From positions 569,329 through 610,113 of the forward strand of contig WELB01000027.1 of the NCBI GenBank assembly GCA_009602725.1: a DNA stretch of 40,785 bases. The letters run 5' to 3'. The notes under the pieces were generated by a model. It did not search any database. It was not told where the DNA came from and was given only the letters and a program-made list of their open reading frames with translations. Below are positions 1-19,199 of this stretch, piece by piece (position 1 is the first letter of the stretch; each line of letters starts with the position of its first letter). The stretch is from Spirogloea muscicola. Its lineage: Eukaryota. The position numbers and the translations under genes were made by a program.

Positions 1-2566
1 GGCGGCGGCGGCGGCGGCCACGGCCACGGCGCCTCAGGCGCAGGCCGACGGCGCGGCGGCGGCGGAGAGGAAGTACAACTTCGCGGCGGGCCCGGCAACG
101 CTGCCGCTGGCGGTGCTGGCGCGGGCGCAGGCGGAGCTGCTGGACTACGGCGGCAGCGGGATGAGCGTGATGGAGATGAGCCACCGGAGTAAGCAGTTCT
201 TGGCCATCATCCGCAAGGCCGAGGCCGACCTCCGCGCCCTGCTCGCCATCCCCGACCACTACGCCGTCCTCTTCCTCCAGGTGCCCTAGCGATCTACGGC
301 CACTTATATAAGGCCTCTCAGGTCCAGTCTAATCAGATCTATTGACATAAGCAAGAGACAGATAAGCAAGAGACATAATTGTTCAACAAGACTGCTTCGA
401 GTACAACTGGCACAAAGCCATTGTTGGCTCTACAGAGCTCACTGCAGTGGCCACAGTAGACTCTCTTTGATGAAAGATAGAAGTCTGATGTAAGCTCTGC
501 ACTCTCTGCTCTTATTGAGCGGCCAGCTTCTTGCAGTCCTACTTATCAGCTCGCCTCTGAGACTGGCTGTGCTGAAACTCTGCAATATTGATTTTCAGCC
601 AACTGTGAATGAGAGCCTGTGATTATTAAATCCGGGCGAGTGATGCATCAAATGAAACTCGCAGTACTGTAATGACTGAAATGCGTCCTGGGTTGGATCC
701 GGTTTGAGGTCCCGGGTCGTTTAGAGACGGGGCCTGACATCGGTTAGGAGCTTTGATAATAGCCGAGCCCATCTGTTGTTTACTGGCCGCAGGGGGGGGC
801 CACGACGCAGTTTGCCGCGGTCCCATTGAATCTGACGACCCCCAGTGACACAGTGGACTACATTGTCACGGGCTCCTGGGGCGACAAGGCGGCCAAGGAG
901 GCCAAGAAGTACTGCAAGGCCAATGTGGCCGCCACGAGTAAGGCCGACAAGTACACCACCATTCCTCCGCAGGTTAGGCGTGCTCCCATTGTTGACTCTT
1001 TTGATTAAGCTAACAGTCTGCCCCAACTTCAATTGCCCCAACTTCAACAAAGTACCATGATTCAGAGACCTTGTTCTGTTGTACTTACGAAGCCATGCAC
1101 CCCTTGGGTGCCTGCCGGTAACTTGCACTTAGTTGCAGGGCCCCCTTTTAATGCGATTGGAATTGCATTGCAGATTGATTGGAATCTGACGCCAGGCGCT
1201 AGATACGTGCACATTTGCGCAAATGAGACGATCGGTGGAGTGGAATTCAAGGAGTACCCCGATGTTGGTGACGCCTTACTCGTTGCCGACATGTCCTCCA
1301 ATTTCTGCTCCAAGCCTGTCGATGTGTCCAAGTTTGGGGTGATCTATGCTGGCGCCCAGAAGAACGTAGGGCCCTCAGGCGTTACCATTGTGATCGTGCG
1401 CAAGGACTTGATTGGAAAGGCTCAGTCTCAGGTGAGTCAGCAGCTTTTGACGCACCAGACATATACACAAAGCACATGGATCTCACGTAAGTAGCTCAGA
1501 TTGCCATGTAAGGAGCAAGCATCAGCAAGTGAGCAGTCTACAAGCAAGTGTCTGGTAGCCCACTTTGCTGGGTATGAGCCGCTGGCGCAGCCTTGATAGC
1601 GCAGCCTTAATTCTTGCAAGTGCTCAGTGCATACTACTGCTTAGGCACGGGAATGCCTAACGTCTGCTTGGGGGTCCTTGGCAGACTCCGGTTATGCTCG
1701 ACTATGCCACTCACCTAGAGAACGAGTCCATGTATAATACGCCACCGTGCTACCCGATCTACATCTGTGGGCTCGTGTTTGAGCACCTGCTTGAGCGGGG
1801 CGGCTTGGAGGCCGTCCAGCGGGACAATGAGGAGAAAGCCAGGCTCCTGTACGACACCATCAGTGCAAGCAATGGTTACTACAAGGCAAGATGAGGAAAA
1901 CAAAAACAGCAACTGAATGACTTGGATAGACACAGTTATAGTCACTTGAGTGCCTGACGAAGCGCCAGCACTGAGATTGGGCATGCCCGACTTGCTGTAT
2001 CTGCTCATAATTTGTCAGGCGGTTTGTGACCTGCAGTGTCCTGTACCGGAGGCAATGCGGTCGTGCATGAACGTGCCTTTCACAATGAACACCCCAGAGC
2101 TGGAGAAAGAGTTCCTGCAGGAAGCAACTGCTCAGGGCATGCTGGAGGTCAGTCCTTGCCAAGCTCCTGATGTCACCTCCCTTTCAGAGAAGCTTGTTGG
2201 CACGGCATCACACTCTATGTAAAGCGAGCTGCCAAACACAGTTGCTCTTCATCTGCGTATTGGTCACATAGAGGTGGCACTTGTGTAGAGCTCTTTCTGC
2301 AGCTTCTCATTGTCAAATGTACTTTTAAATACTTCAGCACATCTGCATGTTTTTACAGAGTTGCAAGGTTGATTCTTAATGAAGAGGGGCTGGGCGCCTG
2401 TGCTCTGACCAAGTCTGCTCTGATCTTTCTTCCTTCCTTTATTGCACAGCTCAAGGGTCACCGTTCTGTCGGTGGCATGCGAGCATCCATTTACAACGCC
2501 ATGCCCAGGGCCGGAGTGGAGAAGCTGGTGGCACTCATGAATGACTTCCAAGCCCGGAGTTCATAA
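1..2566 (+). CDS. PSAT: Phosphoserine aminotransferase (5'-partial, 6 exons; Ala-rich N-terminus may be a transit peptide)
   Basis: Exons <1-280, 793-972, 1174-1431, 1685-1885, 2037-2147, 2450-2566 splice in frame. Motifs: [62 protein letters not shown] (PLP lysine), [23 protein letters not shown]; stop TAA at 2564-2566. Confidence 0.97.
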
Positions 2567-3506
2567 CACAGCACTTCTGAAGGCATTAGATCTTCTTGTT
2601 GTTGCTGTCTCTTATATTGCTCAAAATTTTGACTGTGCCCTGAGTTGGGTGAAGCCAAAGGGCTGCGTGACAACTGAATAAGCCCAATGTTCCAAGCTGG
2701 CAGCCGCAGTCGCCTGCTCATTCTACGCGCTTGGCCACGCTGACGCTCCCTCTCCTAGCTGAAATCAGTAAGGTTGGCATGTCGTTATAGGTGTACATCC
2801 ACTACTCTGCCTGTATAACCATCTCCAGATTGAAATTTGGAAGCCATACCAATGGCCATACCTAATTGGGCACTACAGATCACTCTGTTCTTGCCCCACT
2901 TGCGCTGTTGCTCCTAATCTCAGATGCACATCATGGTGACAATGGTAGAACAGCATCAGCATGCTGCCGACTAGATACAGCATGTACCACTCGACTGCAA
3001 GTGTCTCTGAGTGTGAGAGCTTGCAAATGCATGATGGCTCAGCATGCGGGTGCATGGTCAAGATGGTGATCTCTGAAGTCCACCGCAGGTCCAGACATGC
3101 TTTGACAGACTTGATAAACCCACTCCCTGCATCGCCACACTGCAGGAGAAAGGTTCCAAGATGAAGCCGGTACATCAGACTTAGCTGCCAACATACTTAC
3201 TGCTTCATCCAGTACAAGTCATTGTAGCAAACAAGAACCAGATTTGTGCTCTGGCTTGTGGTAGATAGATATAGATACGCAGGTGCCAGTGAATGCAGAG
3301 CAAGTAACTATCTGGCCATTCTACAATCACCCAGTGGCCACGGGACTAGTCACCAAGTGCAAAACCATGTCCAGCAGCCAACAGCACAGTGGCAAGGTTT
3401 AGAACAAGAAGCACTTGTATGTGGTGGCAGGAATGTAACTACGAGACGCACTAGTTGAGGTGGCCAACTTGATGTGATGAAGCAAGAAGCAGGCCGGTGA
3501 CATTCA

Positions 3507-10578
<7,072 letters not shown>

Positions 10579-10656
10579 CCGCCACCGCCGAGACCGTCGC
10601 CAGCGGGGCCCGGCGCTCGGCACCGGGAGATTTCGCGGACGGCGGGCGCCGCCGCC

Positions 10657-13600
10657 ATGGCGGACGTGGCCGCGCTCAACGGCCACGGCGCGGGACCGCT
10701 TGGCGCCGAAGACCGGGACTCCGGCGGCGGCGCCGTGCTGCCGCCGATCGGCGCGGGGCCTCCGGAAGCCGGCTCCCGACGTAGCGCGGAGGCCAAGCGG
10801 CCCCGCGAGGACGTCGATGGCGATCACGAGGCCGTCGATGACGGTCACAACGACGAGAGCCGGGCGCGCGCCGCCGTCAAGGACTCGTCGGAAGACGGCG
10901 ACTGCGGCGATGACGGCCTTGGGCCGGCCGTCGGGCCGCCGCCGCCGCCGCCGGAGGCCGACGGCGGCGAAGGCGCGGAGGCCCAGCCGCTGCACGACGA
11001 AGGTGAAGATGCGAGCAAGAGTGGCGTCAGCCATGACGCAGCCGGTGACGGTGATGGCGGCGGCGGCGAGGACCGCCTCAGTTTGGCGGTGGGGCCGCCG
11101 GTGCCGCCGCAGGCCAAGCGCCGGAAGAAGCCGCTGACATTTGAGAAGGTGTACCTGGACGCCCTGCCCTGCGCCGAGATGTGAGCGCCGCAGCTGAACC
11201 CTCCTGCCCCGCCGCTACTCGTCCTAAACCCCAAACCCTAAACCCTTCTTGAGGCAAGAAGTGGTGGAGGTTCACACGAGGACAAAACGTAAAGAAAACT
11301 ACTAGAAACATTCTCTCAGAGTCACACGCTCTGTAAGAGTTGTACCTACGACATCAGGTTTTATGTCCTGTACCAGCAAAACTCTGGCGAGCCCTGTGCG
11401 ACTCGGAGCGACTGCTGCCTGGACGGCTTGTTGGACGGAGTGACCATGTTGACTAGCTGGCCTTCTGTTGAGCAGCTGCACATGTCCAGAGTTTGCACGT
11501 CCGTCACTTGCTGACCTTTGGGCTTCTAACTCTCTTTCACAGGTACGAGAAGAGCTACATGCATCGCGACGTTGTCACGCACGTGGCCATCTCGGACGCA
11601 GACTTCTTCATCACGGCCAGCCAAGATGGTGAGCCTGTGAGCTGCTGAGGTTACTGGTATGCGGGAGTGGGGAGAATTGAGCTGGGCGGAGCACACAGCA
11701 TTTGTTTACCAAAGCAAGAGAGAGGAAGTTTGTTGCCAATGCCTCACAGCTCTGCATTGGAGGCAGGTCACCTGAAGTTTTGGAAGAAGAAGGCGATCGG
11801 TATCGAGTTCGTGAAGCACTTCCGAGCTCATGTATCTGCAATAACTGATCTCAAGGTGAAAACTAAGACAGAGAAGTAGTAAATATCAAGTGAATGAATT
11901 GATCAGGACGTTAGAAGCGGAACTCTTGCATTGGGCTTGCTGCGAAGTTGTGGAATGACGCGGCAGCTGGTGACTTGCTTGCATCCTGTGGGCTCCTCTA
12001 CTTGCGCAGGTCAGCGTGGACGGGACGCTGTGCTGCACGGTATCCAAGGACAAGGCGGCCAAGGTGTTCGACATCCTTAGCTTCGACATGATGGCCATGC
12101 TCAAGCTACCATATGTGCCGCACACAGCTGAGTGGGCCTTCAAGCACGGCGATGCCAAGGCCAAGCTGGCGATTGCGGAGGAGGCCTCTCCCAGGATTCA
12201 CATCTACGACGCCAAGTCCGGCAGCAACGACCCCATCCAGAGTGTGGAGGTGACCTCAGGCCCAACACTTAAACGACAAACCTTAATTAAGGCTTAGCAA
12301 TCCCCTGGTTAGACACTTGCAGGAGAATCACTTATTGTGCATCTACAGGCGTGCCGAGAGGGCGGCGTTTGGCAAGGGAAGTCCTGCCCTCAAGTCGAGT
12401 CTGCTGTGCAGGTCCTGATGAAACTGTGAGTTGGACTGTCCCTGGATGTGTTAGCAGATCCACCGCAACCCGGTGCTGGTCATGAAGTACATGGCAGCTG
12501 CAGACGTGGTCATCTCTGCCGATGCTAAGGGAATCATTGAGTATTGGTCACCAGAGACGCTCCAATTTCCATCAAGCAAGTAAGTTTAGCGGCTCTTCTA
12601 GCTGTGGCACCACCCCTATTAAGGAATGCTGAGCCTTGGCCCACCGACCTTTATCCTTCGTAATTTGCAACCTGCGGCCATCTCTGCATTCAAGTACTTA
12701 AACACCATCCGTGACAGGAGCGCAAACATGTTGCATTGCGCCAGTGATGATTGTTTTGTAGCGGTCTTCTCGCGTTTTCTGCGTCAGTGCTTCTCAACGA
12801 GTTTGCGAGTAAGGTTTTCTTCCTGCTCTTGCTCTTCCTGACTGTGTCCTGACCTGTCGGTTACTAGGGTGGCATTCAAGTACAAGACCGACACAGACCT
12901 CTACGCACTTGCCAAGGCTAACACCGTGGCGACTTCTTTGGAGGTTTGCAAACTCCTACTGACCAACGTGGAGAATAGTGCAGCAGGCTCGTCATGGCTA
13001 CCTCTTGCTTTTCTGCTTCTGTGTATAAGAGCTGCAGCCTGCCAGCCTTGTCACTGGTTTCAGTGCTCGTCCCACTGACGAGGCAATACCCGCCTGCTGC
13101 GGTACATCCATTCTGGCTGAGGCTGCAGACCAGCGCCGATGGAAGGCAGTTTGCGGTTGTATCCCCGGACAGGCGAATACGCGTCTTTTGGTTCGCTACT
13201 GGCAAGCTTCGCCGGACGTACGATGAATCTCAAGATGTGAGCTATCTGCTCAAATCTGACCCTGAAGACTGTTGTTATTATTCTCAGGCCCGGAGGGTCC
13301 TCTACTTTAAGGCAATGGTCATCGTGATAGTTGCTTGGGAGGCTGTGCTTGTAAATTTGCAGGGTGCCTCAGGCTGTTCCTGTTGTGGTTGACTTGCCTT
13401 CCAGCAGAGTGCTGCATTGAGTGTCTGTCACTGATGGTTGAATATATTTGGGTGACTGTTGATACGTCTCAGGCAGCACAGGAGCTGCAGAGGAGTGAAG
13501 CGGAGTTGTACAGGCTTGAAGCGTTTGACTTTGGCCGCCGCCTGGCAGTGGAGCGAGAATTAGAGAAGGCCGAGGGCGTGCCGAGCCAGAACGCCGTCTT

Positions 13601-15424
13601 TGATGAGAGCGGCAACTTTCTCCTGTACCCGACGTTACTGGGAATCAAGGTGATTATTACTGGCTGTGTTGCCTAACAGGGTCAGTAAGGGGACATCATG
13701 TCCCCTTTATGTCTACCCACTAGCTGGACTACAGGTGGGCAGAGCTGTACCAGGTAGTGGATGTGTATGCACTCCAGTGCCCTTAGCTATTTGTTGCAAT
13801 GTCTCCAGACGAGGTTAGGGGGCTGCTCCGAGAAGGTGAGTCTAATGAAAGACTGGAAGCTGACAAGAAATATGGTTTGGTCCTCTGACTGCACGGGAGT
13901 TGCAAAGGGGGCTCAGCTTATGGAGCTGGGCGATCTTGCAGGTTGTGAGTTTGCACGACAACAAGGTGGCGAGGATCATCGGCAAGGTGGAGAACACAGA
14001 GCGCTTCTTGCGGATAGCACTGTACCAGGGCAGCCTGGGGAAGAAAATCAGAAAGATTGCACTCTCAAGCAATGTTGGTGACAAGAAGGACCCGCTCACC
14101 GATCCTACGCTGCTCTGCTGTGCGTTCAGGAAGCACCGCCTCTACCTCTTCAGGTGGGAGGTCTGCAGACGTGACAGTATTGGGATGAAGCAGGCGTTTT
14201 CTGAAGATGCTGGTGGATACGAGTTTTAGGGCTTAGGGTTTAGGGTCTAGGTAGTTAGGGTTTGTGTTACTAATCATCCTGACCCCTTCATTGTTTCTGC
14301 CGGTCCAGTCAGCGTGAGCCGGAGGAAGGCGAGGATGCGACACAGGGGCGGGACGTATTCAACGAGAAGCCGCCACCCGAGGAGCTGCTCGCTCTCGCCG
14401 ACGTTGCGCGGGCATCCGCTTCCTCCCTCCCCGACGAAGTGGTCAGCACCTCGTCACAATGCCTTGTGCCTTGTGCCGTTGCCATAGTAACTGTGCTCTT
14501 ATGGCGTCGATATGAGCCAATGTGGTCTTGCCTTGGTTCCTGATCACTCCACTGAGCTATTGTGAATTGGCTGTCTTCGTGCTTAGGTCCTCCACACCAC
14601 TCTCGGTGACGTCAACCTGAAGCTTTACCCCGAGGAGTGCCCACGAACGGTCGAGAACTTCTCGACGCACTGCCGCAACGGGTACTATGACAACCTCATC
14701 TTCCACCGCGTCATCAAGGGCTTTATGGTCCAAACGGGAGACCCGCTTGGCGACGGCACGGGTGGCCAGTCCATCTGGGGTGGCGAGTTTGAAGATGAGT
14801 TCCACAAGAGGTGAGCACGTATTCTTCACCAAAGTTGCCACGTAATAATATTCCTTCTGGCCTGTGTGGAATTTGTAGTTGTGCTGATGAATGGGAAGCT
14901 TGAGCTTGGTGCAGCCTGCGGCACGACCGGCCTTTCACGCTGTCAATGGCCAATGCGGGGCCCAATACGAATGGATCTCAGTTCTTCATCACCACCGTTG
15001 CCACGCCGTGGCTGGACAACAAGCACACGGTCTTTGGCCGCGTTGTCAAGGGGGCAGACGTTGTCCAGGTGCACCACTTGCACCTCAAGTGTCAATGAAT
15101 GACTAGGAAAAAAGGGGTTAAGACACATCAAACGTGCAAAGCATCACATATCAGTCTTGCACGCCTCTAAGTGCTGCTGGCCAAGGCCTCATTACGTCCT
15201 CATGGTCCTGACCCAAAGGCAGGTAGTGCAAACAGACGTATGTGCTGTTTGACTGCATCATATAGCTGCACCGTCATTGTCCTGACTCTGTTTGAATTCA
15301 CGCTGTTGTGTTGTGCTCCCTTCAGGCGATTGAGAAGACCAAGGTGGACAAGAACGACAAGCCCTATACTGACGTCAAGATACTCAACATAAGCGTCCCG
15401 AAGAGAGCTCCTGGACAAATTTAA
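10657..15424 (+). CDS. PPWD1: WD40-repeat cyclophilin-type peptidyl-prolyl isomerase (PPWD1/CYP71-like), 13 exons
   Basis: Exons 10657-11180, 11543-11628, 11767-11855, 12010-12249, 12458-12579, 12868-12943, 13129-13236, 13473-13649, 13942-14153, 14309-14441, 14587-14810, 14915-15068, 15326-15424. N-terminal motifs [20 protein letters not shown] and [20 protein letters not shown]. Cyclophilin domain [56 protein letters not shown]. Confidence 0.96.
11223..11245 (+). repeat. Telomere-like (CCCTAAA)n / telo-box in PPWD1 intron 1
   Basis: CCTAAACCCCAAACCCTAAACCC, containing AAACCCTA. Confidence 0.7.
14224..14263 (+). repeat. Degenerate interstitial TTTAGGG array in a PPWD1 intron
   Basis: TTTTAGGGCTTAGGGTTTAGGGTCTAGGTAGTTAGGGTTT. 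Confidence 0.75.
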
Positions 15425-16423
15425 GGGTCAAGCACCTTCTGCGTTGACAGCAGTCTAGCTCAACCACCTCTACTCCCTTGTGGCACAGGCCCACCCTCCA
15501 GGTAGGCTATGCATCCTTTGTTGCCAATAAAGGTGAGCCACTAGCTTTCTGAGGCTGTGGCTAGCTCATATATCACATCGCCGATGGCAGAGCAGCTGCA
15601 GTGAAATCGGGGTTTTTCAAGCGGTCCTCATTTGCAGACATCAGAGGTTGACCTTCACTACTGACACTGACTACTGACACTCTGTGGATTATCGCTGGCA
15701 GGAATTGAGTCTGGAGGCTGCCAGGTCCATGGCGGAGCCAGAGTTTTGCAATCGTCCTCAGCCCCATAATTACATTGTGACGTTGTGTACGTCTTGCTTA
15801 GCCACAACTATACCTGCTAGCAAGCTCGCCTGTCTGGGCACAGTCTTTGGGCTAGCTGGTTGCTGAGAGCTTGTGGCATTCGCGTAATCTGCTTGCAAGT
15901 TCTGCAAACATGCCGTGGCCTTGAAGGGGGCCATCTGTCAACTTGCAGTGGAATCTGGACAGTAGACAGGTAGTACTGCACGTTGCCCAGGAAATTGTAC
16001 AAGCCACCAGAAGCCTCCGCCTGCTCGCAGAAGCCACAATGCAGCTCAAGTCGAGCTAAATCTCAAGAGTGCTGCACAAACAATCGCATACACAAGTTCC
16101 AGGATCTCCTGTTGGACCTGCTCTGCCCCACAAGCAGCTCTGCATGGATATGGAGAGGCCTGCCAACTGCCTGCAGACGCTCGCAAATGAGCGGTCTCTG
16201 TGGGCTAGCTGGGTGCACCGAGCTAGCAAGCCACCATTTGCCTCACAGTACCCAAATGCACAGCAGCAACGGCAATACACCGGCAACTCTGCACTGGACC
16301 CCGACGGCCATCCTCAGTATCCTGCATTGCCATTACTGTGCATTGAAGCAAAGTAGCACAGCCCACACGTTGAGAGGACCGCAGATCTAAGCAAAATAGA
16401 GCAGACAGAGCCTCCATCTCGGC

Positions 16424-18080
16424 TCATGGAGGCCACAATGCTTGCAGCTCGGCTCCGGCACGACACCGCTGCACGGCAGCCAATGCAAGATCCAGGACCT
16501 CCTGCTGGACCTCCTCCACCAGTCGGTCTGCATGGATGACCTGCCTCAAAGAAACAAGATGTGTAGTCAGTTATGAGGGCCAGAGTGGCCAAGCACACAA
16601 ACAAGCACATGTAAAAGCTTACATCTTCTGCTAAGCTAAGCTGACCCGCAATATAGTCATGAATTTGCAAGTAGAGGTCGCCATTAATTGTCCAAAAACC
16701 ATACAGCAGATTTTAAGCCCTTCTGCCATCAACGGAATGGTTGGCTTGGGGCTCTCGAGAGACTATAAGAGTCCGAGAGTTTTCATGGCAGCACCGACGA
16801 GGACAAGCTTGGCACAGGGGGGCATAGTCCTCGAAAAAATGTGCACGAGGTGGGTGCAAAGCTGGGGGGGTGTTACTGCACGCACTTTCCAGGTGGAGTC
16901 CTGCAACTTGCGGAACTGGTCCGCAACGGCCCTCTGGAAGTCCAGCTTCTCGTACCGCTCCTCACCGTAGTTGCCCCGCGTAGCTGCCACCTGTGGCAAT
17001 GTGATAACTGTAAATGCCTGTCAAAAGCATACAGAAAGCATACATTCTGCACACTGCAGCGGGACTGCTCTTTCATCTTCGCAAGGTGCAAATGACCTGG
17101 GGCCTGCAAGACGAGCAACTGAGCTGAACTTCAAAGTAGAGGCACTCATGGGCTACCTCAGGTGCAATCTGTAGAAAGAGGACCAGATCTGGTGCCGGCA
17201 GCCCAGCATCGATTGCCTGCATCAGCCGGTTCATGCTGCGCCACATCAAAAGCGCCACCCTTGTCCGCACACAGCTCAGTGCATGGGCACACGCTTCCCC
17301 TGCCACAAGCCCCGCTTGGGTTGCCTAGCACGTGCCTCTCAGTGGAAGCTCCAACTATTCATGCTGCATGCGTTCCCTCTACCCGATGAAGACACGGATA
17401 GGTACGCCGGCTCTCTAGATAGGCAAGAGTGGCAACGAGGAGCCCCCTCTTCTGCTACTCAGTGCAACATGATGCCCCAAGCTAGCTACCAGCTGAGGAA
17501 GGCATCCATGCCAGCACCCAAATGGAGCCTGGCGGCCTTTAGTCAAGCCGCCAGCTCGAACAGCAGACCGCAAAGGCGGACCTTGCAGAGGTGGAGGTCG
17601 AGGCCCTTGGCGGCCGAGTAGGCGGCGCCCGAGTAGGCGTAGCGGTCCACTACGAGCGTCGTGCCCTGCAGCAGCAGAGCCTCCATGAGCCGTCTGCAGC
17701 CGCGCCAGCGGTAATCAAAATGGCTACTAGCGGCGACACTATTCGGACTAAGGAATTAGGACTTCAGTTCTAATTCCTAAGGATTCAGGTTTCTGGATTT
17801 TGTGGTCTAGGGTTCGGCAGGGAACTGGCACCCGAGCAGCGGGGAGAATCAGCGGAGAGTTCATCAGAGGTTTAGCGGAAGGCTATGGGAGGTTTGACGG
17901 AGGTTTAGCGGAGGTTTAGCGAGCTCGTTCTCACCGCTTCTCCCATCGGTTGGCGGAGAAGAGCAGGTGCACGGCCATGTCGTCGAGCTCCGCCGCGCCG
18001 GCGAGGTACGCCGACAGCGCGGCGCCGGTGGCGCTGCCGCGGTCGGGGAACCGCCACGCCTCCACGCCGCCGCAGCCGCN
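16424..18080 (-). CDS. Thymidylate kinase (dTMP kinase); N-terminal P-loop not visible, probably hidden at the single N at 18080
   Basis: Exons about 18080-17935, 17693-17582, 17217-17158, 16990-16886, 16540-16424 give [50 protein letters not shown] and [14 protein letters not shown]; stop TGA at 16424-16426. Confidence 0.92.
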
Positions 18081-18279
18081 GCCGCGGCCCCAAGCCAGGA
18101 GCATGCGGCGGCGGCGGCGGCGAGGCGCTGCCCAGTGCTTGCAGAGCGTGTGAACCTGTCTACTTTCATTATTTAATTCTCCGTTGGGTTGGCCTTTCAC
18201 GCCTCCCTTCCATTTTATGCTCACCTTTTCTCCCTAGTTGCACCTAGTTCAACGTCTTTTGGTGGTTTGGCTCCTCAGC

Positions 18280-18950
18280 TTAGCTTGTCAGATATGCATG
18301 TGCTCACTCGGGGATATAAGTGTCCTTAGCTAGCTCATTACCCCGTAACCGGACATTTGTAAGGCTAGATTTGGCCTCCCTTTCATGTCATGCGCACCGC
18401 GCGCCTTCTCTCTTCGCCCTTGCAGCAGCCTCTGATCTACGCAGCGGGGTTGCTCTTCCCCTCAGCTCATCTGACTTCCTACTGCTGACACGGGGGTATT
18501 GAGGGCGCCCTGTCTGCCTAGCCTTTGGCTCCGTCATGAACACCTATATGCATCTGGCTGGCAGTTTACAGCCGGTTTTTTAAATATCAGCAGCCGCTTT
18601 CTTCTGTAGAGAGCAGCTTGAAAGGAATGGACGAATCCAAACTTTGGAGCTGTGGGAGCGAGCACGGATTGAAATAGTCACTCATTAGAGAAAGCGCGGC
18701 CAGATTGACTGGTGGCTGGGAAAGGCCAGCCCAAAGGAATGGACAAGGTCTGAAGGAGCGGGCGTGCGAAGGACTAGGACTAAGACATCAGCCAGGGGAC
18801 GCTCAGTAACCCCCATGGGCGAGCACTTTCTTTCTTTTTGGGCTGGCTTTTCCAGCCCCTATTCTCAATGGGCGAGCACTTTCTTTCTTTTTGGGCTGGC
18901 TTTTCCAGCCCCTATCTTCAATGGCCGAGCACTTTCTCTTTCTTTCTTTC
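18280..18950. mobile_element. Cluster of 5'-truncated 3' ends of RLE-type non-LTR retrotransposons
   Basis: SDMHVLTRGY plus tail (about 18290-18415, +); ALAAAS...SSSDFLLLTRGY* plus tail (18416-18605, +); minus-strand tail 18690-18800; tandem ATGGGCGAGCACTTT / GGGCTGG..CCAGCCC units 18812-18950. All match the 3' end of the longer copies at 27453-28112 and 37378-38290 or tails associated with them. Confidence 0.8.
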
Positions 18951-19034
18951 AGTAACCTCTGGTCAGGAGATGCAAGTCACTCTCGTTGACGAGCGTGGTA
19001 GATATGTTGCACCTGCGCTGGGCGAAGATAGTTG

Positions 19035-19155
19035 GGGACGATGGCGCAGTCGGTAGCGCGTAGGTCTCATAGCTGAGAGCCCAACCCGACTCCCGCGGAA
19101 GTGCGGCGAGCAGCGAGCCATCCTAAGGTCGGGAGTTCGATCCTCCCTCGTCCCA
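19035..19155 (+). tRNA. tRNA-Met(CAT): Elongator tRNA-Met (CAT) with 48-nt intron
   Basis: Acceptor stem GGGACGA/TCGTCCC plus discriminator A. A-box TGGCGCAGTCGG; anticodon arm TAGGT-CTCATA^A-TCCTA with CAT at 19068-19070; intron 19072-19119 after position 37; T-arm GGGAGTTCGATCCTCCC; TTTT at 19163-19166. Confidence 0.95.
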
Positions 19156-19199
19156 CTCCACGTTTTCTCCGCGGCACACCTCTCGCTCTGGGCGCTCAT

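Noticed and set aside
13687..13707. Perfect intronic hairpin AAGGGGACAT-C-ATGTCCCCTT (also a hairpin at about 17750-17778)
   Set aside because: Isolated, no snoRNA boxes or miRNA-length stem recognised; could be chance.
18812..18950. Palindromic tandem repeats as a CRISPR-like array
   Set aside because: Eukaryotic context, no unique spacers, no cas genes; the units match retrotransposon 3' UTRs.
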